From assembly GCF_009914755.1 (NCBI RefSeq), contig NC_060926.1: a stretch of 64,000 nucleotides of DNA, one strand, 5' to 3'. Made by a program: the position numbers and the translations under genes. The notes beneath the pieces are model-generated. The model worked only from the letters and a program-made list of their open reading frames with translations. It ran no database searches and was not told where the DNA came from. Source of the stretch: the human T2T-CHM13v2.0 reference genome, Homo sapiens. Shown here one piece after another: positions 1 to 11,935 of the stretch (positions are counted from its first letter, which is position 1; every line of letters starts with the position of its first letter).

Positions 1-201
1 TTTGGGGCATAGAGACCCCTGTGGAGAAGTCATTGAGAAAATAACAGAACAAAAACCACAACAAAAACAACAACCAAACAGCTTCCTGCAGGAATGACAC
101 TAGCTTCTCCATCCATCCAGTTCATTTGAGGCTCACATTTTGGGGTTCACACTCTGGTCCTGGCCCTCCACTGACACTTACTCTCACTGAATTGCATCAT
201 C

Positions 202-453
202 AGAATGTAGTGCTGCAATCTCAGCTCACTGCATCCTCCACCTCCAAGGTTCAAGTGATTCTCCTGCCTCAGCCTCCTGAGTAGCTGGGACTACAGGCAC
301 CCACCACCACGCCCGGCTAATTTTTGTATTTTTAGTAGAGATGGGGTTTCACCATGGTGGCCAGGCTGGTCTCAAACTCCTGACCTCAGGCAATCCGCCT
401 GCCTCAGCCTCCCAAAGTGCTGGGATTAAAGGTGTGAACCACCATGCCCGGCC
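202..453 (-). mobile_element. AluS-type SINE lacking its 3' end and A-tail
   Basis: Reverse-complement Alu (ctcctgcctcagcctcc, ctcccaaagtgctgggatt, ending cccggcc at 453); no T-tail on the left. Confidence 0.95.
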
Positions 454-1479
454 TATATGATGATGTTTAAGGTCACTTGGTACCCACCCATACTTGGGAA
501 CAAACAAAATGAACCTCCTTGACCAGGAAGGAACCCTGATAGCTTTCAGAAGCTAAATTCCTTCCACTACGATCTTCAAGTCAAATTTCAAGTATAAGTT
601 GGATTTTACTGGCTCTTCTAGATGATTTTTTTGGGGGTAGGAATTAGCTGACACAGAGAACAGATAACGATACTAGGGAGCTGTAGGGTGAAATGTGAAG
701 CTTTGTAAGAAGAGTAAACCAGGGATTGACTGTTGTCCTTGAGTTTTTTTGGCCTTCCTCTGTCCGGGGGTGTCAGAGGTTTGAAGCATTTGAGTTAAAT
801 GACCGAGATTGACGTTCTGTCAAATAGGCAAACCAGAGAGTTTTCTAAAAAATACTATATTTGGGTGAAATCTTGATGAAACAGGTAGAAAATATGCTGT
901 TAGGGAAGTACAGAGTCAGACCACCGAAACCCCTAACTCCGGTGAATTAGTGGTTATTATATGTGGAGGGAAACATAAACTTTGTTAATACTTTCCCCAT
1001 CCACTGTGAAATATTAAAACTCAGCTGTGATGTAGCATTTAACTGCACATCAAATCAAGAGTCCAGTAATAGAAATTGCCTTTTTGCAGTAGAAAACAGG
1101 GTTAGAAGCAAACCAAAATAACACATAAAACAGATCTCCATGGAGAAAATTGAAGGCTGTTTCTAGCATGTAAAGATCGAGGATGCAATTCTTGTTCTGT
1201 GAAAAGCTTTTTTCCTGGGGTTTTGAATTTTCCTCTTGATTATGTGTGGAATCAAGGGGTGTCTGTGTGATTGCACCCATGCCTGCCTCTGAGGAACAGA
1301 AATGGGGCAGACACAGACAGATGGTGACAGGCTCATTTTTAAGCCCAACCAGCAGGGAGAGAAGTCAAGAACGGAAGGCAGATCATACAGTTGGCACTAA
1401 ATTTTCATTTCCAAATTCTACATCCTCAACTGGCTGAAACTAAGTTTACTTTACTGCTAAATGATAAATTCAGTAAAAT

Positions 1480-2000
1480 AAATTGTAAAAATGAGTCCTT
1501 TTATTGAACTAACTAGCTAATTTTAAAATTTTTAAAAAATCATTCATACTCAGTGTTAACAAGGGTACAGGAAAATGAATGTTCTCTTGCACTGTACTTG
1601 ATTTGCAAATTGGAACTGTCTCTCTAGAAAACAATTTTATATACAAATCAGTATTTATAATGGAGAAGAATGGCAATCTACTTTCTCAAAAGTAGAAGAC
1701 TTCCATATCCATTACAGCACATCAATACAAATTAGGTTTTCAACTAATTTTAAAGACAGACGAAACTGATCATGATACCATGTTTTGCAAACCAAATGAG
1801 ATACAAATCAAATATCCAGTATCATTCTCATAGATGGATATAGAGTGAGTTTTTTTTTCCGAAAATGCCTGACACACTCAAAGTGTTATCAATTATAATC
1901 TCTTAGAGTACTAAGCAAGGAGTTATTTTATTTTTACTACTGCAGCACATTTTTTAAAATTTTACTTTATAATATGTATTATTTTAGTGAAATGTGTTTA
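1480..2000 (+). mobile_element. Old L1M(E)-type 3' fragment
   Basis: Degenerate L1 3' motifs (gtgttaacaagggtacaggaaaatgaatgttctcttgcactgt...ctctagaaaacaattt). Confidence 0.5.
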
Positions 2001-3032
2001 AAAACAATATATTTTCTCCTTTTTAAGTACAAATCCTTTTGCATCTGCCAATGCATTTTTCAAAGTACATCCCTATGTTATCATAGAAAAAGAATTCTCC
2101 TCAGATAGGAGAAACACGTCTATATTGGTTTTGTAGAGTCTGGGCTTATAATCCCTTTCTTCTACTGTGTGATATGACCAGAGGTGGATGTCAGAATCAG
2201 GATCACAGCCTATAAAAAGTACAAACACATATTGCTCCATCTCTCAATTACTTCAACTCTCCACAAGACAAGGTCCACAAGAGAATAATGGCCAGATATT
2301 CAAGGAGTGCCCTCCATGGATATACTCTCTAAAACACAGATGTCTGCAAATGGATGTCCAAAGAGAAAACAGAAAAGAATCATGATACTCAACTTGCATA
2401 AAGTGAATCTTTGATGACTCTGATCAGAGACTCTGACTACTATATTCTATTACCTTCTCAGGTCATTGAAAGCCTACTATAATTTTCTGAAGGCGTCTTA
2501 CTCCCTTCCTTCTTGAATCAATACATTCCCCTCAAAGACTCAAATCAACTAAAGTTTTATAATACTTCTGCTTGTATTTTCACTCAATTTTGTCAGTTTC
2601 TGCATATACATTCATATGACTTTATACAATTAGTTTGCTTTTCTACAGACACTTTTCTATGTGCACATTCTCCCTCCCTTTTTTTCTTTTTCTGTTTCAA
2701 TTCATTTAATCAGCAAAACAATCTTGTAAGGCAACTAATATTATTAGCTCTCGTGTGCCTAGGAGAAACATGGGGTAGAAGGAGACTAATTTTCCCAGGG
2801 ATGAATAACTAATCTGTAGTGAAGTTAGAGCTCAAATTCAGGCACTTTAGTGCCTAAGATTTTTCCTTTACCCCATTACTGTATACTGGCTGTACCTGAT
2901 ATCTCTGTGCAGATGTTTTTTCCTTACTTGGTTCAAATGTATGACAATTTATCAGGCCTCAGAAAAAAGTCTGATCACAACCCAATATGAAATATGCCTT
3001 CCCAGGTTAGCAAAAATGATTTAAAATCTAGA

Positions 3033-3160
3033 GTAATGATCCTCAAAATACTTGCAGATCAACTTTTAGTTTCGCCTGTAATAATATGAAAACTAGACTA
3101 GACTTTTGTAATCCCCATCTCCCTGCAGATCTACTGAATCATAATCTCTGGAGATTGAGA
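3033..3160. mobile_element. MER5A-like (hAT-Charlie) fragment
   Basis: cagatctactgaatcataatctctggag resembles the MER5A core. Confidence 0.55.
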
Positions 3161-3190
3161 TATATATCTCCATCTCCATCTCCAGAGCTT

Positions 3191-3279
3191 CTATATATAT
3201 ATATATATATATAGTCCACAATAAAATATACTATATATAGCATATTTTATTATATATCTTTTGTATATAATATTTTTAT

Positions 3280-3318
<39 letters not shown>
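3191..3318. repeat. (TA)n, AT-rich tract and (TG)n microsatellite
   Basis: (TA)n at 3192-3213 and (TG)n at 3288-3318, directly visible. Confidence 0.95.
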
Positions 3319-3319
<1 letters not shown>

Positions 3320-5154
3320 CTACAATTGATTCTCATGCAGACTGAAGTTTGCCACCCATTAATCAAAGGAGTTGAGGGCATTTCCTTCTGGACCACTTGG
3401 ATGGGCATAAACAAATAAAATAAGACTGTATAATCAAGGGACAAACAGATTCTTGGTTTAAGATTTCATCCAGCAAGTGTTTAATATCAGGCCATCTTCG
3501 CCTAAGGTTTTGAGCACTTTCCTAATATTGACATGCATTACTTTAGGACAATTTAAGTACACAGGTATGCACTTTTTTGGCTGGATGTATGAAGAGATGG
3601 ATGCAATTTTTCATATTTATCTTTGGAGGAAAATATATATAGCATCAAATCTGGAAAACATTAACCATGTTTTTCATCATGCTTATTCTTTTTTGTCAGA
3701 AAAAGAACATACATATATATGATGTTACTGATACTTCCCTTTCCATTGTTTCCTGAATAAATCAATAGGCATTATTCTGCACACTTATGGTATTGTGGTA
3801 TCAATTTTGTGGTGTGGTGTGGTGGATTTGGGGGCCTTTTGCATTGCCATGGTATTGACAGTGAAGTCTACTGAAGCAGTCATTTCTTCTAGTCGTTTTT
3901 AGGGTAGTTGAGAATATTCTGTGAAGCCTGATTAGAACAACTGCAAATGCAGTTTTGTCAACAAGTAAAATAAGACACCAAAAGACAGTCATAGACTGTG
4001 AAAAGAGTGCAGTCCTTATGTTTGACATGTTTGAGCTATTCGAATCTTGATCCATCACTTCAACTACTTTGACCCCTGTTTCTTCATAGTTAATAGAGTT
4101 GGTTTCTATCTAAGTTTTCTAATAGGGCCCTTCTATGTTTGAGGACTGTTGAGTTCATCTTGGCTACTGTCACTATAAATCTGAAGTTTATTTCATTGTA
4201 GAAACCTTATTGGTCAGTAGTTAGATCAAGAGACTGTAGATTTAGAAGTTTAGAAATATTATCAATATGAATACTTTGACTCGTTTAAGATGACGCCTGT
4301 GGGAATGTTTTCTAATCAGCTAAGTAAAAATTATTTGGCCTGTGTAAGGCTGCTTTCTTTAGTCAAGACAATGAGGAATGGTTTCATCACTTTCCCGAGA
4401 AAAGAAGGCTTTTGCATGAAAAAAAATTATGACATACTCACACAGAAATTGTTCATGGGGCACAATTTTCAAATAAAACGCTTATTATATTGATAGACAT
4501 TGAAATCGCTGCTTGTTGAGCAGGGACATAAATATCCATTCTGCCCAAAACAAATTTAGCAAAATCAAAATATATAACACTAAGAACATTTCAGCTTTTC
4601 TCTAACACATGGAGCCAGCCTTACGTGCCAACCCGATTCTATCACCTCTCCTCATTAAGCTCGAAAGCATATTTTGTGTTGCTTTGAGCAGCTCCTAAAA
4701 TTTCTTTGTCTCTTCGCACAGCACCATAAAAGTTCCCACCTGACAGATCATAAATCGTTCTCACAAAGCACTCTGTCCCCTGGTGTACACTGGCTACATC
4801 CTATTCTCCAGATACATTACTAACAGCATTTATGCACTTTTGCACAAAACTTAGTTTCAAGATCTGGAAAATGCTTGACCCTATCCTATCAATTCATAGC
4901 AGGGAATGGCCCACTTTTGACAGAGCATTTATTCACACTGAGAGTGAAAGGAGAGAAGGTTTTCTCTGTGATGAAACATATTCAGAACGATAAAAGTTGG
5001 GTTATCTGAAGTCAAGGATACCTAGGCACGCAAATATGACCTGGTTATTAGGACTTTCTCACACACTCTAGGACCCATATTGGTGGTATCTTTAACCCTG
5101 TCTCTAGATGACATTTAGGCTATGTAATTTGTATGTCACTCTAGTATTTGTACC

Positions 5155-5499
5155 TTCATTCCACAAGCACTTTTTTGAGAACCTACTAGATTCTGGACAC
5201 TTTGCCAAGTGCTGTCTCGAATAGGGACATAGGCCCACCACAGCTGCACACAGATTTGTGAGTGGTGCCTGCAGCTAGGCAGGTATATTCAGTGAAGTGT
5301 AATAGAGGTGTTATGGAGCAAGGAGAAACTTACCTTGTGGGAGAGAAATAGGAGTCAGGAAGGCTTTTACAGAGAACGTGAAATGTAAGCAGAAATTTGA
5401 GATCTGAATGGAAGTTTCTTAGCTGGTTTTTGGAAAGCAGATAATATATAAAATGTGCACAACTGGAAAAGTGTATTAAGTGGCAAGCAGTATATACAG

Positions 5500-5545
<46 letters not shown>

Positions 5546-5655
5546 GGTGTAGTATATAAGATGGCAAGCAGTATACATATACTATAGTATATAAGGTGGC
5601 AAGCAGTACCTATATATAGATATATACACTTACATATATATGCACACATATATAT

Positions 5656-5686
<31 letters not shown>

Positions 5687-5800
5687 GTATATAAGAATGT
5701 CAAGCAGTTCTAAATGAGTGTAATCCATGTTCTACATGGTAAAGAGGAGGTGAGGCAAGAGAGGTTCATATAGTCATAGCCCAGAAGGCTGTGGATGTTA
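5155..5800 (-). mobile_element. L2 fragment, interrupted by a minisatellite and by MER44; resumes near 6660-6730
   Basis: ttcattccacaagcacttttttgagaacctacta is the reverse complement of an L2 3' end. Confidence 0.6.
5474..5710. repeat. Four copies of (tagtata)taag-n-tggcaagcagt separated by TA/CA microsatellites
   Basis: Copies at about 5477, 5550, 5585 and 5685. Confidence 0.9.
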
Positions 5801-5803
5801 GTA

Positions 5804-6653
<850 letters not shown>

Positions 6654-6809
6654 TATAAATAGCTTTAGCTTTATTTCTGTGTTAATGGAAAACAAGTGAG
6701 GATATGGCATAGGGAAGTTAAATGGCCAGATGTTGACACTCTTACTTTATTGACATTTAATTATTGATTTTTATCAATAATATAAATAACTACAAAAATA
6801 ATAACCAGT

Positions 6810-7345
6810 TTGATAGATTGCAAAAATGGCCACAAATTCTCTCCGTCCCTGTACATTTGATCCTTTGCAAAGTGCCTCTTAAGCTTCTCCCATCCAAGGT
6901 GTAATGAGTTTTTCTGTTCATATAGTCTGCTTTGTGATATCCTTTGTCAATGGGAAAATAGCAAACATGCTATCAAAGATTTGATGTCTTTCATAAAGAG
7001 GCTTGCACTCACTTGCTGTTCTTGAAAACCTCAAACTGTGTATAAAGCAGTCTGGGCCAGCCTCCTGAATGATGGCAGACATATTTCCCAGTCATCTTGT
7101 GGCTCTGCCTAGCTGCCTGGTAATAGGCTGACATGTGAGTGAGGCCATCCTAGATCACCTAGCCACCACCCCAGCCATGATGTGACCTGACAGCTGATTA
7201 TAGAAATATCGGAGAGAGACCAGGAAAGATCAACTCAGCTATCTCAGACCAGAAAAACTATCCAATCAACACAAATAATTGTAAGTTAAATAAATGGTTG
7301 TTTTAATCCACTGAGCTTTAGGATAGCTTAAAAAAAATTGACACA
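6810..7345 (+). mobile_element. MaLR LTR (MLT1G/H-like)
   Basis: gattgcaaaaatggccacaaattctctcc start; acatgtgagtgaggccatcctaga; ataaatggttgttttaatccactgag end. Confidence 0.75.
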
Positions 7346-7815
7346 ACAAATAGCACTATTAAATACTGATAGAATTACAGTGACAATTTGAAAACTTTTA
7401 TGTGCATTACCTCATGGAATTTCATATAAAACCTTATGAGTTGTGATTTATATCCTGGTTTTATGGGTAAGGGAAACTGATCTGTAGCCATTATTTTTGA
7501 ATACTGAGTAAAATGAGCTACAGAGAAAGTCAAAGAAGAAATCCAAACTCAACTAAACTAACAAACCGAAGACTGGAAAGAGAGTAATTCCATGATTGGT
7601 GATGGTGATGTGCGATCCTACAGAAAATCCATTTGCCTCCAGAGATTTTTTACAAAACTATCTTGGCAGCCTCTGTGAGACATATCAACTTTAAAAATTA
7701 TTGTGTACCTGGCTTGTAAACTTAATTTCTGACTAGGTTCAGTCAGGAATACAAATGAATGGAACAGAAGCATGTTGGATATAAGAAAATGGGGTACAGC
7801 ACAATGCTCCTTTTA

Positions 7816-8136
<321 letters not shown>

Positions 8137-8251
8137 AAAGTAGGCAACTTACATCTAATTGTTGTCATGCAAAATGTGGGTCCAATATTTTCATAACTTC
8201 TAAGTCTTTAGAAAAGCAGGAAATCTGGGCTTCATGTGAAATATTCTAGCA

Positions 8252-8692
8252 CAGTTGACCCTTGAACAACATGGGTTTGAACTGGGTGGGTCCAGGTTCA
8301 CTTACAAGCAGACTTTCTGCATCTCAACCATCCCTGAGACTGCAAGACCAACCCCTCCTCTTCCTCCTCCTCCTCAGCCTTCTCCACGTGAAGATGATGA
8401 CAATGAATAATTTTATGATGATTCACTTCCACTTAATGAATAGTAAGCATCTTTTGTTTTTCTTATAATTTTCTTAATAACATGTTCTTTTATCTAGCTT
8501 ACTTCATTGCAAGAATATATTATATTATACATATAATAAAAAAATGTGTAAATCAGGTATGCTATTGGTAAAGCTTCCGGTCAATAGTAGGCTATTAGTA
8601 GTTAAGTTGTGGGGGAGTCAAACTTATATACAGATTTTTGACTGCATGGGATGTTGGCACCCCTAACCACCATGTTGTTCACAGGTCAACTG
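8252..8692 (+). mobile_element. Tigger2a (MER28) non-autonomous DNA transposon
   Basis: TIRs cagttgacccttgaacaacatgg ... ccatgttgttcacaggtcaactg. Confidence 0.9.
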
Positions 8693-8736
8693 GTTTTAAA
8701 TAATTGTAACAAATTCATAGCAACGTAAAAGCCAGG

Positions 8737-9108
8737 TGTGATAAACTGAATGTTTGCATTTCCCCAAAATTCATATGTTGAAGCCCCGAGCCCGAATGTG
8801 ATGATAGGACGCAACTGGACCTTTGGGAGGAAATTAGGTTGAGATGACGTTATGAGGGTGAAGTCCTCATGGTGGGATTAGTGTCTTTATAAAAAGAGGA
8901 AGAGACACCAAAGCTTTCTCTCTCCCCCAGGTGAGGACACAGCAAGAAAGCAGCCTCTGCAAGCCAGGAAGAGGGTCATCACCAGAACCGTACTGTGCTG
9001 GCACCCTGCTCTCAGATACCCCGACCTCCAGAACTGAGAGAAGTAAGCATTTGTTGTATAAGACCTGTCGATAGCATTATGTTCCTGTAGCATAAGCTGA
9101 CTAAAACA
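8737..9108 (+). mobile_element. MaLR solo LTR (MLT1A/A0-like)
   Basis: TG...CA ends; ctgaatgtttgcatttccccaaaattcatatgttgaa; ctggcaccctg...ctccagaactgagaga. Confidence 0.88.
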
Positions 9109-9804
9109 GAAGGTGCATCACACACGAAACATCTTTGCTAGCATGTGGCTGGTGGGCGTCCAGTTTGCGATCTTGAATCAATAGCTTTGAAGAAGGTAGT
9201 GAGGATAGGTTGGCCTGTTGATTTTGTAGCTACTGAAGTCGCCAGCCTCCTTCTAAGTTCAGTGTAGGACTGCTGGTTCCACAGGGACAGTTTACCTGGA
9301 GGACCCGAGTCCATTGATCCAGATTTTTACTTAAGAAAAAAAACCACCATTTGGGAACCATCTTGGCACTAGAAATGGTGAAAACCTAGCACCTCTGGCT
9401 ACTAAGTTGTACCTTCAAAGACTTAGCATTGTAAACCTTTCCTAGCTACGAGCCAGGAAACATTTGGGAATCCTGATCCCTCAAAAGTTCTGCCTTATAG
9501 CAACTAGTTTCCTCCCACTGCCTAACATGCTAGAACTTCTTGGCAGCTTCATCATCTCCCTCATTTACTGTGAAAGCATGTTCAGTTACTCTTGGTTGTC
9601 GTTCATTTGGTTCTATCCACACTTTCCAAAAAAACTGCCTTGTTATTTTCTTGGAGCTCTGCCTGTCTCCCTCTAGATGGTTCCTGATGCTCTGATTTGT
9701 TTGCATCAGTGAGAAAGCCACGGAGCTTCACTCCTCATTCCCTATCCCTGCAGGGTGCAGAAGGACAGAGGCTTGTAAATTAAGCCTACATTTAGTGAGA
9801 TCTC

Positions 9805-9838
9805 CTGCAGGTCACATTATGGCCAGCAGAGGGCAGCA
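9805..9838 (+). promoter_or_regulatory. Candidate CTCF site (core plus upstream module)
   Basis: TGGCCAGCAGAGGGCAGCA at 9820-9838, with CTGCAGGTCA at 9805-9814. Confidence 0.7.
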
Positions 9839-10879
9839 TTGAGAAAGGCCAAACTGCCACAGCTGGGACCACTCAACTCCAATGAAGACCCCTGACTTTA
9901 TAAATTTTATTGTACCTTTTACCAACAAATCTTACTTTCTCTTTGATACCAGCCTGCCTGCCCTATGCAGGTGACAGTGGCAAATGGGCCAGAATTTCAA
10001 TGTCTTCTTTGTATTGATTTCCATTTATTTTGATCTTTACAGTCTTTTCTCTTTGCCAGAGAAAGTTTTTGACCAAGGGAAATGCGATTTAAACTCAGCT
10101 TCTAAGTTGTAGCACTTTAAAACACACAAGTAAGTAATAAGACAAGTGACAGATAAGGGTCAAAGAGGACTGATCAAGGGTAAGTTGTAGGAAACCACAT
10201 CAAGGCAGAATTTGGGAGAAAAGGAAGCCCTCGTGTGCAGGTCCGTTTTTCCTCTCTGTCTCAGGCTCTGAGAATAATTGTACCTTTGGACAAGAGAATC
10301 TGGCTTTGCATAATTTCAGCTAAGGAGCTCAAAAACTACAAGATTAAGCCAGGTTACATTTTTGAATTCACTCTGATCTGTGCAACAGGACTAGAAACAT
10401 AAATTGTGCTTATAACACCTGTTCCAACACCTGCACCTTGCTTCAGTCACTGCCAATAGTTCAGCTCCTTTAGACATAAGGTCATGCCTTTCTTATTCCA
10501 GCTTTTGCCACTGTACAAAGATGTTTGAAATCAAACCGATTTTTTTGAATCTAGTATCTGTTGTGAATTTTTCCTAACGTTGTTTTCCTGCTTAATTCTT
10601 TACATATATTATTTTCTAAAATTTCTCATTCCTGTGTCTAGCTTTTTTCCTATTTTACCACTCTGCCAGTTGACTTTTTATGGCCTATCAGGGAGTTGGC
10701 TGTTCACCTACTTATCACCTGGATGTGCCCCACCTTAGACCCCAAGGCCTTTTTCCATCTCTTTCCAGGTTTAGTATTCTTGCTCTGCTGCCATTTTAAC
10801 GTGATATAAGTGTGGATTTTTTTCAGTTATTCTTTCGGGGTAGAATGCAGTAGATCACATCAAGTCAACAAAGTTTGTT

Positions 10880-11780
10880 TGCAACCGCTAATAAAAATAG
10901 ATGACTTATATATACCCTATTTTAAAAGACATGAGAGAGCTGCAAAATTAATGAGGACCAAATGAATTAAAATTCAGGGAGGAGTTAACTTGGATTTTTG
11001 ATGTGTTGAAATTCACAGGAGATTTTTCTCCCTTGAAGGTATTTTTCCATTCTGGATGAGGGCCAATAATCAGACTTGGCAAAAGCTGAGGGTGTCTACT
11101 AAAGGAAAGAGAAAATAGTGTTTTTGTTTTCTTTTTTTTTTAATAGACAGGTTGATAAAACAGATTAGAATATAGTAGAGCCCCCAAACACACAGTTGGT
11201 TCCTCCCCCGGGCATTTGCTGAATTTGTGGTGGCATGGGAGTATGGGTATCTAGATCAAAAGCTGCTAAAAACAGCAAGAAATCTCTTATGGTCTCCCAG
11301 TGTTTTAAAAACAAAATCCAACCAGAAGGAGTCAACCTATGACTAGTCTCTCCTGAAGAATTTGAGTAGGAAACTAAAGAACTAAAACTAAAACTCTAGA
11401 GGGTAGTAGTGAACCTCTCTGTTTTCCAGAGCTAGGTCAAAAGCCCAAGGATGCCATATTCTACAAACAGATATAACTCAAAGGTGAACAGAGCCTTACG
11501 GAGACCACATCTCAAAAGAGAACATGCAAACCCTTGGTTGTAGTGATCAGTTGCTCATTATCTGCCGACAGATTAAACATTCCCTGGGAGAATATATCAT
11601 CATTTACACTTTCTGTGGTTCTTTTTACCTTAAAAAATCACAAACATGAACATGTTTAAGAGGCAGGACAATGTATCTGAAAATCAAGAGAAAAGGTGCA
11701 ATGGAAACAGACTTGCAGATAATCTAAATAGTGGTTTCAGGTGACAAAGACTTTTAACTGCCTATTTTAAACACATGAAT
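10880..11780 (+). mobile_element. Ancient L1M 5' region and ORF1 start
   Basis: aaaatcacaaacatg...gaggcaggacaatgtatctgaaaatcaagagaaaag...gaaacagac...gacaaagacttttaactgcctatt is typical of an old L1M ORF1 start; left boundary uncertain. Confidence 0.55.
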
Positions 11781-11935
11781 CTTCTTAGGGTTTATTGAGC
11801 TGCTTTGGTATCTGTCAATATTTCTGGAATTGTTTTCAACTGTTGTCATTTCAAATGCTACCTTTTGCCCATTGTTGGCTCTAGAACTCTGTTTAGATAT
11901 ATGGCAGTCTACCCTCTTTATGTTGAAGTCTTGAA
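11781..11935 (-). mobile_element. Ancient L1M ORF1 mid-segment in antisense
   Basis: Minus frame NIKR...NGQKVAFEMTTVENNSRN...NPKKI resembles L1 ORF1p NIKR...NGAE.IFEEIMAENFPN...TPSRI. Confidence 0.55.

Noticed and set aside
5474-5710. CRISPR-like repeat-spacer array
   Set aside because: Primate DNA; spacers are microsatellites of unequal length; no cas genes or leader
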